Positions 52,330-60,199 of a DNA stretch of 64,000 nt are shown in pieces. The notes under the pieces were generated by a model, which was given only the letters and a program-made list of their open reading frames with translations, searched no databases and was not told the origin of the DNA. Source of the stretch: Candidatus Competibacteraceae bacterium. GTDB lineage: Bacteria; Pseudomonadota; Gammaproteobacteria; Competibacterales; Competibacteraceae. Made by a program: the position numbers and the translations under genes. Within the stretch, counting starts at the first letter, position 1, and every line of letters begins with the position of its first letter. The stretch covers positions 984-64,983 of the forward strand of contig DAITNL010000001.1 in assembly GCA_036834665.1 (NCBI GenBank), read 5' to 3'.

Positions 52330-53652
52330 ATGCGCTGGCCGCTGCGGCTGGCCGCCCTGGGTCTGGGTCTGTATCTGCTGTTGTCGGATAACCTGCTGGT
52401 CACGCTGGGTATTCCCTACAACGTGCCCGGCGGCGCCTTCCCGTTCAAGATTCACCCGGGCACCTACTGCATTGCCCTGGGTTTTGTGCTGCTACTGCGC
52501 GGCAATCCCTGGCGCCAGTTGTGTGAGCTGTTTCGATTATCGCCGCCCCTGACCAGTCTGGCGCTGACGACCACGGTGATCATGGTGTATGCCGCGATCC
52601 AGTTTGGCACGTCCGGGACGGGCTTTTTCATCGATACCCTGCTGGCGCCGACCCTTCTGGGCCTGCTGTTGCTGCGCGCGCCGGTGGCACAGCGGCAAAC
52701 GCTGTTCTGGGTCGCCCTGGTGCTGCTGAGCCTTAATGCCGTGATCGGTATTGGCGAAGCGCTGGCCGGCAAGCGGCTGACGCCGTACATGGCCGGCGGT
52801 GAAGTGCTGGTTGAGGATTTTTTTCGCGCTACGTCTCTGGGCGGGCATCCACTGGGTAATGCACTGCGCACCTCGGTGATGCTGTTTGCCGCGCTGATTC
52901 TGCCGCTGAGCCTGCGCGTGCCGCTGATTTTGCTGTTTGTGATCGCCCTGCTCGCCTTTGGCAGCCGGGCGGCGCTGGCGATCAGCGGTCTGCTGCTGGC
53001 GCTGTGGGCCGGGATACGTTTCATGAGCGACCTGAACGCCCGGCGCGTCGAGCCGCCGCTGGCGCTGGGCGTGGCCGCGCTGGCACTGCTAGCACCGGTG
53101 GTGTTGGTGGCGATCGCCGCGCAACTCGGTCTGGGCGAACGCATCGTGAATGAATTTCGCTGGGATGACAGCGCGCAGTCACGGCTGCTGGCCTTCAAGA
53201 TCTTCGACTATGCCAATCCTCATGAACTGCTGTGGGGCATGGGGCCAGCGCGCATCGAATGGTCGCTGGACCAGCTCAAGCATTCGACGATTCTCAACGA
53301 TATCGAGAACTTCTGGATTCTGCTGCTGTTGCAGGTGGGTATCATCCCGTTTCTGTTTCTGGCCGGTGCGCTGCTGTCGACCCTGGCCAGCCTGGCCTGG
53401 CGGCAGCCGATGCCGCTGCGCCTGGCGGTGCTGGTGTTCCTGGTGCTCACGTCCAGCAATAATTCGCTGGCCACCAAATCGCAAAGCCTGGCGATTCTGG
53501 TGGCGATCATGCTCGGTGCAGCGGCGGTGGCGCGTTGCCAACAGGCGCTGCAGGTGCCGCGCACGACCTTAACGACCACCGATGCCGTGGCGTCCCGGGC
53601 AGGCAGCCGCTTTCGGGTGCTGGCCCGTTCCCGGTCCCGGGATGTGCGCTAA
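52330..53652 (+). CDS. polytopic membrane protein, O-antigen ligase/Wzy-like polysaccharide polymerase family (tentative)
   Basis: ORF 52207..53652 with about 10 hydrophobic segments. The start is uncertain: ATG at 52330 (MRWPLRLAALGL) begins the first TM segment. The family call rests on topology and context only. Confidence 0.5.
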   Translation: MRWPLRLAALGLGLYLLLSDNLLVTLGIPYNVPGGAFPFKIHPGTYCIALGFVLLLRGNPWRQLCELFRLSPPLTSLALTTTVIMVYAAIQFGTSGTGFFIDTLLAPTLLGLLLLRAPVAQRQTLFWVALVLLSLNAVIGIGEALAGKRLTPYMAGGEVLVEDFFRATSLGGHPLGNALRTSVMLFAALILPLSLRVPLILLFVIALLAFGSRAALAISGLLLALWAGIRFMSDLNARRVEPPLALGVAALALLAPVVLVAIAAQLGLGERIVNEFRWDDSAQSRLLAFKIFDYANPHELLWGMGPARIEWSLDQLKHSTILNDIENFWILLLLQVGIIPFLFLAGALLSTLASLAWRQPMPLRLAVLVFLVLTSSNNSLATKSQSLAILVAIMLGAAAVARCQQALQVPRTTLTTTDAVASRAGSRFRVLARSRSRDVR

Positions 53653-53667
53653 GCGCTGTGGGGCGGA

Positions 53668-54369
53668 TCAGTCGACCTTGTTGTCCCAGATGTCGAACAG
53701 GCTCACAGTCATGCGCTGTTGGCCATCCAGGGTCAGGATCAGCAGTTCCATCGGCGTGTGCCGGGTGGCGAGCAGGCCATCATCGCCGATGAACAGATCC
53801 ACGACGCGATGCCGTGGCGGGTTGAATCCGGCAATGCTGCCATTGGCCCGATTGACCACCCGGCCATCGTCAAGCACCTGCAGCAGTGGATAATGGCTGC
53901 CGGGCAGGGTATCCCAGCGCCGATGGGGCGGCCCTACGGTACGCAGGATCATGCCGGTGATGTAGTAGCCGCCGCCCCGGCCGATATAGAACTCCAGATT
54001 GCGCAGGTTCATGCGCAGCCAGGTATCCGGCACGCCATCGCCGACGAAGCTGCGGCTTTTCGACGCCAGATCGCGGCCAATTTCACGACCGACCAGATAG
54101 ACATAGGGCGGCGGTGGATCCTGCTCATCGTCGCGGCCGACGAAGGAATGCGAGCGGCGTGGCGGGTCGGGGCTGAGATCGCCGCGCACATCCTCCTGCA
54201 AACCGCGCGGCTGCGCCGGCAGGTTCAGCGGCACGTTGAAGAAGGTCTGCACCTCCTCCTGAAAGGCCTCATTCTCCTGAGCCTGGGCCAGCGCGGACCG
54301 TGGGCTGCCGAGCAGGCCGAGCACAGCAGTCGCCAACAGCAGTGCTGCCAGCGGCGTTGCGCGCGTCAT
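53668..54369 (-). CDS. secreted hypothetical protein
   Basis: 233 aa with the signal peptide MTRATPLAALLLATAVLGLLGSPRSALAQA. I recognise no family. 4-bp overlap with the upstream gene. Confidence 0.55.
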   Translation of the reverse strand: MTRATPLAALLLATAVLGLLGSPRSALAQAQENEAFQEEVQTFFNVPLNLPAQPRGLQEDVRGDLSPDPPRRSHSFVGRDDEQDPPPPYVYLVGREIGRDLASKSRSFVGDGVPDTWLRMNLRNLEFYIGRGGGYYITGMILRTVGPPHRRWDTLPGSHYPLLQVLDDGRVVNRANGSIAGFNPPRHRVVDLFIGDDGLLATRHTPMELLILTLDGQQRMTVSLFDIWDNKVD

Positions 54370-55160
54370 ATCCGGCCCAGGATGCGGTAGATCACGCGCG
54401 GAATGTACAGGCGCCGCCGGTTGAGCACGATGCCGGCCAGAGTGGCGCCCTGTGACAGCAGCGTGTCGCGCAGCTCCTCAACCACCGGTACCCGCGTCGA
54501 TTCGGCGGTCACCACCAGCAGTACGGCGTCCATCGACCCGCACAGGATAATGCCATCGAAGGAGCGCGAAGGCGGCGGTGTATCCACCACCGTGAGCATC
54601 ACCGTGCGGCGCAGTTCGTTCCAGAAACGCGGCTGGTTCGCGACCCGCGGGGTGTCGGGTAGATCGGGGCGGGTGCGACTGACCAGCAGGCGGCTTTCGC
54701 CAAGACGATGATAGCTGAGCAGCGGTTGCCAGTGCGCGTTGTCGCAATCCCGGTTGGGCAGACGCAACAGCGGGCCGCACTCTGCCGGCGCCAGAGGCTG
54801 GGGTGTGCTCAGGGCCAGCATCGGGTCACCCGCGCCGCACTGCTGGAAATGGCTGAACTGGCTGCTGGCATCGCTGCTGCCGGACAGATCGAGCAGCAGC
54901 ACATCACCGTCGATGTACTGCGTTGCCATCAGGGCAAAGTCGCGGGCCAGTGTTGATACGCCCTCGCCGCTATTGGCGCTGATGAACTGCACCACCAGAC
55001 CCTCGCCGGGCGCGAAGACCGGATTCAGCAGGCTGAATAGACGCTCCGCTGCCGCTGGATCAAACAGCAGTGCGCTCAGGTTGCCTGGCGCAGGCACGAT
55101 TGGCGCGGCGGATGCGGGTATGGACATGGCAAGGGGCTTCCTGGTTTGGCGAAGCGTCAA
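54366..55160 (-). CDS. BY-kinase/ParA-MinD-like P-loop protein with a degenerate Walker A
   Basis: 264 aa. VQFISANSGEGVSTLARDFAL has GEGVST where the family has GEGKS/T. VLLLDLS (Walker A'-like) and VVDTPPP (Walker B-like) are present. Confidence 0.55.
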   Translation of the reverse strand: MTLRQTRKPLAMSIPASAAPIVPAPGNLSALLFDPAAAERLFSLLNPVFAPGEGLVVQFISANSGEGVSTLARDFALMATQYIDGDVLLLDLSGSSDASSQFSHFQQCGAGDPMLALSTPQPLAPAECGPLLRLPNRDCDNAHWQPLLSYHRLGESRLLVSRTRPDLPDTPRVANQPRFWNELRRTVMLTVVDTPPPSRSFDGIILCGSMDAVLLVVTAESTRVPVVEELRDTLLSQGATLAGIVLNRRRLYIPRVIYRILGRI

Positions 55161-55163
55161 CTC

Positions 55164-56270
55164 TTAAGGCGCTGGCAATGGATTCAGCGCTATGCGCGCA
55201 CCCGGATCGATGGATGCAGGCAATGGATTCCGCGCCATCCGCAACCCCGTCAGGCGCAGGCGCAGATTCTGCACGGTATCGGCGCCGCCAAAGGGAATCC
55301 GCGGCAGCGCCAGCGCATCATGGCGCGCGTGCACCGGGCCACCATAGCTGAGCACCGCGCTGGCAAAACCGGCGGCGCGCGCCAAGGCAATGGTTGCGCT
55401 AGAGACCGACTGCGCATCGCCATAAGGATACGCGAAATGGCGTATCGGGCTGCGCAATTCCGCTTCCAGGCGCTCGCGACCCTGACGGATTTCCGTTTGC
55501 GCCTCGATCACCGACAGGGTTGACAGATCCGGATGCGAGACCGTGTGTGCGCCCACCTCGATCAGACCGCTGGTCTGCAACTCACGCAGCATCGCCCAGC
55601 TTAGCATGCGCTGACCGGAGTCGCTCAGGATGGGCAGCGCATGATCCTGCTCCAGCGCGCGCAGGGCGTCCAGACGCGCCGCTGGCGTGGCCACGCGCAG
55701 CAGGCTGCAGGCCTGACGATAGGCGTGCGTGCGCGCCGCCGGATCCGCCGTTGGCCAGCAATGGTGCTGCCCGGCCAGGCACAGGCGCAACGCCGTCCCG
55801 CCCTGGTTCAGAATCCGCTCCAGCGCCGACCACCAATCCGGCATGATCCCGTCGATGAAACCGCTGGTGACGTAGATCGTGGCCGGCGCTTGCAGGCGCT
55901 GCAGCAGCGCCAGCAGTTCGTAGTTGTCGCGATAACCATCATCAAAGGTCAGGACCGCGAAGCGTGGGCCGCGCCGCAGCGCCAGCCGCTGCAGGGCCAC
56001 ATCCATGTTCACCAGATCGTAGCCCTCAGCGCGCAGGGTCTCGATGATCGCGGCGATCTGATGGAGCGGCGTGAACAAGCCCGGATCACCGTGCCAATCG
56101 GTGTCATGATCAGCCTTGACCCGATGCAGCATCACAATCGCCCCGCAGCCACCCAGCCAGCACCGCAGCCCGCGATCCAAGCCCAGGGCGGTGATCCAGT
56201 GGCGCCAGCCACCTGTTTTGATCTCGGTGGAAACGGGTCCATTAGTCTTGGGAATCTGTCCTATTTCCAT
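55164..56270 (-). CDS. polysaccharide deacetylase (NodB homology) family protein
   Basis: ORF 55164..56303. The likely start is ATG at 56270 (MEIGQIP). FAVLTFDDGYRDNY plus a downstream His motif (GAHTVSHPDL). Confidence 0.8.
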   Translation of the reverse strand: MEIGQIPKTNGPVSTEIKTGGWRHWITALGLDRGLRCWLGGCGAIVMLHRVKADHDTDWHGDPGLFTPLHQIAAIIETLRAEGYDLVNMDVALQRLALRRGPRFAVLTFDDGYRDNYELLALLQRLQAPATIYVTSGFIDGIMPDWWSALERILNQGGTALRLCLAGQHHCWPTADPAARTHAYRQACSLLRVATPAARLDALRALEQDHALPILSDSGQRMLSWAMLRELQTSGLIEVGAHTVSHPDLSTLSVIEAQTEIRQGRERLEAELRSPIRHFAYPYGDAQSVSSATIALARAAGFASAVLSYGGPVHARHDALALPRIPFGGADTVQNLRLRLTGLRMARNPLPASIDPGARIALNPLPAP

Positions 56271-56284
56271 ATTGATTGCCCATG

Positions 56285-56326
56285 AATTTATCGGAATTTG
56301 CATACTAAATTTATCAAAATCTGCAT
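56285..56326. promoter_or_regulatory. two 19-bp direct repeats in the AT-rich divergent promoter region
   Basis: AATTTATCGGAATTTGCAT (56285-56303) and AATTTATCAAAATCTGCAT (56308-56326) are 16/19 identical, with a 23-bp period. Confidence 0.4.
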
Positions 56327-56354
56327 GATTTCAGTATATTCTATCAATGTTGTC

Positions 56355-57527
56355 ATGATTTTTGACAATCATTATTCTCATCCATTTGACAAAACGGGCC
56401 TGATATTGTCTTTAAAAAGTGACATCGCGCTTTATTTGCCCAATCTGACCGCTGGCGGGGCCGAACGGACTTTTCTGCGGCTGGCAGCGGGGTTTCGCGC
56501 CCGCGGTTGCTCGGTGCGTCTGGTCGTGGATCGCGCCGAGGGTGGTTTACTGGACAGCGTGCGCGCCGAGGGCTTGCCGCTGGACAGTCTGGATGCTCGT
56601 CGCACCCTGCTGGCCTTGCCGCGCCTGGCCGGCTGGCTGCGCCGTAACCGGCCGGCGGTGCTGCTGTCGGCAATTACGCATAACAACCTGATCGCGGTGT
56701 GGGCGCGCGCGCTGGGCGGTGTGTCGACGCGGATCGTGGTGTCCGAACATACGGTAGCCTCAGCACAGGCTGCCGCGCATGCCAACTGGCAGTATCGCGT
56801 TTTGGCGCCGCTGTGCCATGCGATTTATCCGCGCGCGGCCGCCATTGTCGCAGTGTCTGCCGGCGCCGCCGCTGATCTGGCCGCTTACGCCCGGCTGGAC
56901 CGGCAGTGTATCGAGGTGATTCCCAATCCGGTGGTGACGCTGGATTATCCACAGCGTGCGGCCGCGCCCTGTCCACATCCCTGGTTTGGCGATGGCGGTC
57001 CGCCGGTGCTGATCGCGGCTGGCCGGCTGGTGCCGCTCAAGGATTTTCCTACCCTGCTGCGGGCGCTGGTCATGGTCCGCCGTCAGATGCCGGTGCGGCT
57101 GGTGATTCTCGGTGAGGGACCGGAACGGGACGCACTGCTGGCCCTGCGGCAGCAACTGGGGCTGGATGCGGTGGTCGATTTCCCCGGCTTTTATGCCGAT
57201 CCGCTGCCGCTATTCGCCCGTGCTGCGGCGCTGGTGTCGAGTTCCCGCTTTGAGGGCTTTGGCCTGACTCTGGTGGAAGCGCTGGCCTGTGGCACGCCGG
57301 TGGTCAGCACTGACTGCCCGACCGGCCCGGTGGAAATTCTCGCCGCCGGTGACTATGGCCGGCTGGTGCCGGTGGGCGATGCCGAGGCGCTGGGTGCGGC
57401 CCTGCTGGCAACTCTGGCTACGCCACCGGATCGGGCGCGCCTGCAGCGCCGTGCCCAGGATTACACTCTGGATACGGTCACGGATCGCTATCTGGACCTG
57501 TTTCGTCACCTGGAAGCTCTGCAATGA
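56355..57527 (+). CDS. glycosyltransferase family 4 (GT-B, GT1-type)
   Basis: ORF 56298..57527 with LYLPNLTAGGAER at the N-terminus and the SSRFEGFGLTLVEALACGTPVVSTD (EX7E) motif. The start is ATG at 56355 or TTG at 56406. Confidence 0.85.
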   Translation: MIFDNHYSHPFDKTGLILSLKSDIALYLPNLTAGGAERTFLRLAAGFRARGCSVRLVVDRAEGGLLDSVRAEGLPLDSLDARRTLLALPRLAGWLRRNRPAVLLSAITHNNLIAVWARALGGVSTRIVVSEHTVASAQAAAHANWQYRVLAPLCHAIYPRAAAIVAVSAGAAADLAAYARLDRQCIEVIPNPVVTLDYPQRAAAPCPHPWFGDGGPPVLIAAGRLVPLKDFPTLLRALVMVRRQMPVRLVILGEGPERDALLALRQQLGLDAVVDFPGFYADPLPLFARAAALVSSSRFEGFGLTLVEALACGTPVVSTDCPTGPVEILAAGDYGRLVPVGDAEALGAALLATLATPPDRARLQRRAQDYTLDTVTDRYLDLFRHLEALQ

Positions 57528-58699
57528 ACCTGCCGCAACCGGCTGCCGTCGTGATCGGTGTCGAAATCAATGGCCTGGGCGTCCTGCGCAGCCTGGCGCT
57601 GGGCGATGTGCCGCTGATCGCCGCCGATGTCGACCTGCGCCAAGCCACCCTGCGCACCCGCCATGGCCGCAAAATCAAACTGCGCGCGCTGTCGGGTCCG
57701 CACCTGATCGAGGATCTGCTTGCCTTGGCGCCGACCCTGGGGCCACGCCCGGTCCTGTTCATGACCCGCGACGAAACGGTCGCCACTGTGTCGGCCCATC
57801 GCGAAACGCTGGCTGCACATTACCGCCTGCAACTGCCGCCGCCCGACATCACCGCCGCGTTGAACACCAAGGCCGGTTTCCAGGCGCTCGCCGCACAGGG
57901 TGAATTTCCCATTCCCCCCGGCGTGCATGTCGCCAGCGAGGCCGATTTGCCCAAACTGGCAAATTTACCCTATCCCTGCGCGCTCAAGCCCGGCGAGCGC
58001 AATGAGGCTTATGACCGTCAGTTCGCCAAGGCCTACCGGGTGGAATCAGCGGCGGAAGCGGAAGCGCTGTGCCGGCGCATTCTACCGACCATGCCCGATC
58101 TGCTGGTGCAGCAGTGGATCGAGGGCGCCGATGACGCGATCTATTTTGTGCTGCAATACCATCCGGGCGGCGGGCGGCCACCGCTGTCGTTCACCGGCCG
58201 CAAGGCGCGTTCCTGGCCTGCAGCCATCGGCGTAGCCGCGCGCTGCGGCCCGGCGCCGGAAGCCGCGCCGCTGCTGGAACCACTGACCACGTGTTTTTTC
58301 CAGCATTGCCGGCTCGAAGGCTGGGCAGCAATGGAATACAAGCGCGATGCTCACCACGGCCATTTCGTGATGATCGAGCCGTCGGTTGGACGCAGCGAGA
58401 TGCTGGGCGAAATCGCCACCCTGAACGGTGTCAATTTGCCGCTGGCCGCCTATCTCTGGCAAATCGGCCAGGAACCGCCACCGCAGCAGCGACGACCCTG
58501 CACGCTCTGGCGGCGCGACTGGCTGGCCGATGTTGCCGCTGCCCGCGCCCAGCCCGAGGTGGGCTGCTGGCCGCCGGCAGATGCACCGGTGGTGGATGGC
58601 TATTGGCGGCGCGATGATCCACTGCCGGCGCTGTTCGCCTATCCGGCGCGGCTGGCCGGCGCGTTCTGGCGGCGCTTGCACGCGGCAGAGCATTCCTAG
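57524..58699 (+). CDS. ATP-grasp domain protein (carboxylate-amine ligase-like)
   Basis: 391 aa with an ATGA overlap with the GT4 gene. It has a pre-ATP-grasp Rossmann-like N-terminus (VVIGVEINGLGVLRSL) and a central ATP-grasp-like region (PCALKPGE...LLVQQWIEG). Confidence 0.65.
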   Translation: MNLPQPAAVVIGVEINGLGVLRSLALGDVPLIAADVDLRQATLRTRHGRKIKLRALSGPHLIEDLLALAPTLGPRPVLFMTRDETVATVSAHRETLAAHYRLQLPPPDITAALNTKAGFQALAAQGEFPIPPGVHVASEADLPKLANLPYPCALKPGERNEAYDRQFAKAYRVESAAEAEALCRRILPTMPDLLVQQWIEGADDAIYFVLQYHPGGGRPPLSFTGRKARSWPAAIGVAARCGPAPEAAPLLEPLTTCFFQHCRLEGWAAMEYKRDAHHGHFVMIEPSVGRSEMLGEIATLNGVNLPLAAYLWQIGQEPPPQQRRPCTLWRRDWLADVAAARAQPEVGCWPPADAPVVDGYWRRDDPLPALFAYPARLAGAFWRRLHAAEHS

Positions 58700-58874
58700 C
58701 GACCTCTGCTAGACTCAACGAAAATAACAACATAACAATACAATCTTGTTTATGGGCAAGGCCGTTGTCTATTCCGCTACCGGGACGGGAATCCCGAAGC
58801 CGGAAGCGGCCTGCCTGGCACCTGCGTCTGCGGGTGTTCCAAGTGATCCGTCGAGGAATTGGGAGGGTTTTCCC

Positions 58875-59900
58875 GTGCGAACCGGTGTCGTCATCGATTC
58901 GGCCTGCGATCTGCCGCAGAGCTATCTCCAGCAGCACAACATTCATATCATGCCGATCAGCCTGCATTTCGGCTACGACACCTTCAAGGACGTGCGCGAT
59001 CCGGATGCTACCCAAGCCTTCTATCGCCGCTACCTTTCGGAAAAAACCCTGGATGCCGAGACCGCGCCGTTTTCGGTCGAGCAGATCAAGCAGTTGTTCC
59101 TGGATGAACTGGTGTTGAAATACGACCGGGTTCTGGTAATCACCATTTCCCATGCCCGCAGTCAGATCTTCGCCAATGCCAGTGAAGCCTCCTTCGCCAT
59201 CCTCAAGCAGTACCGGGAAAAACGCCAGCAGGCCGGTCTGAACAGCCCGTTCTATTTGACCGTGCTCGACAGCCAGACGCTGTTTACGGGTGAGGGCGTA
59301 CTGGTGCATGAGGCGGTGCGCCTGCTGGAGGGGCACAACCTGGCGATTGGCGCATTGCGCACAGTCATCGAACAGCTCAGCCAACAGGTACACGCCTACC
59401 TGATTCCCGAGGATCTGTTCTATCTGCGTTATCGGGGAAGCAAGAAGGGTGAGAAAACCATCGGCCTGTTCGGTTATCACTTCGGCTCGCTGCTCGACAT
59501 CAAGCCGGTGATTGGTTTCCATCGTGGCGAGAGCGCGGTGGTGCACAAGGATCGCGGCTTTGACCGGGCCTTGACTAAGCTGCTGGAACTGGCTCAGCAA
59601 GCGATCGCGGCCGGACTGGCGACGCCAGTGATCAATATGAGCTACGCCGGCAATCCTGAGGTTGTGCGCCGCAAGCGCATCTTCACCGACTTCGAGCGCT
59701 ATGCCCAGGCGCACGGTGTCGAGCTGATGCTGTCGGTGATGAGTACCACGGCCGGAATCAACGTGGGTCCAGGGGCGTTCGCGCTGGCCTACATCGCCGG
59801 CCCGCCGGTGGCCCTTCCCGCGGCCGCGACCGTCAGTGGTAACGGCCGCGAGGCGAGTCTGGCGACGATCGACGATAGCCCGACTGACTGGAGTATCTGA
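58875..59900 (+). CDS. DegV family (fatty-acid-binding, FakB-like) protein
   Basis: ORF 58746..59900. GTG at 58875 follows GGGAGGG. VVIDSACDLPQSYL..., TAPFSVEQIKQLF, VLDSQTLFTGEGVLV and LLDIKPVIGF follow the DegV pattern. Confidence 0.6.
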   Translation: MRTGVVIDSACDLPQSYLQQHNIHIMPISLHFGYDTFKDVRDPDATQAFYRRYLSEKTLDAETAPFSVEQIKQLFLDELVLKYDRVLVITISHARSQIFANASEASFAILKQYREKRQQAGLNSPFYLTVLDSQTLFTGEGVLVHEAVRLLEGHNLAIGALRTVIEQLSQQVHAYLIPEDLFYLRYRGSKKGEKTIGLFGYHFGSLLDIKPVIGFHRGESAVVHKDRGFDRALTKLLELAQQAIAAGLATPVINMSYAGNPEVVRRKRIFTDFERYAQAHGVELMLSVMSTTAGINVGPGAFALAYIAGPPVALPAAATVSGNGREASLATIDDSPTDWSI

Positions 59901-59902
59901 GC

Positions 59903-59945
59903 GCCTCTCACCGACGTGTCGGCGAGAGGTTGCGGGTGAGGGCGG
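59903..59945. repeat. REP-like hairpin element (same family as the 46881-46921 copy)
   Basis: CCTCTCACCGAC-GT-GTCGGCGAGAGG hairpin (one mismatch) followed by TTGCGGGTGAGGGCGG. Confidence 0.5.
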
Positions 59946-59965
59946 CTTGTCGGGGCCGTTTGCGC

Positions 59966-60160
59966 TCTTTAATTCAGGACTTTCGCTTACCTGCCTTTTC
60001 CCGTCATACCCGCGTATGCGGGTATCCATTGCCGCCAAAACTGCCGCAAAAGAGGCGATCATCGTCATACCCGCGTATGCGGGTATCCATTTTTCAACAC
60101 GTTACTGGATTCCCGCATGCGCGGGTATGACGAAAAGCGAAAGTCCTGTCATTAATTCTC
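59966..60160. repeat. composite palindromic (MITE/REP-cluster-like) element between degV-like and glgB
   Basis: The 28-bp unit CGTCATACCCGCGTATGCGGGTATCCAT occurs at 60002-60029 and 60063-60090, and each unit is itself a hairpin. An inverted variant GGATTCCCGCATGCGCGGGTATGACG lies at 60107-60132. The outer arms CAGGACTTTCGCTT (59975-59988) and AAGCGAAAGTCCTG (60135-60148) are inverted. Confidence 0.7.
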
Positions 60161-60199
60161 TCGCCGATCTGCAATCCCGGCATGCCACGAGAGACGTAG

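Noticed and set aside
56946-56954. Perfect DnaA box TTATCCACA
   Set aside because: It is a single copy inside the GT4 coding sequence. About one chance occurrence of a 9-mer is expected in 128 kb of two-strand sequence. There is no cluster or AT-rich unwinding element, so it is not evidence for oriC.
60002-60090. Mini-CRISPR-like pattern: two 28-bp direct repeats separated by a 33-nt spacer
   Set aside because: There are only two direct copies plus an inverted third copy nested inside a larger inverted repeat, and no cas genes or leader. This behaves like a REP/MITE cluster, not a CRISPR array.
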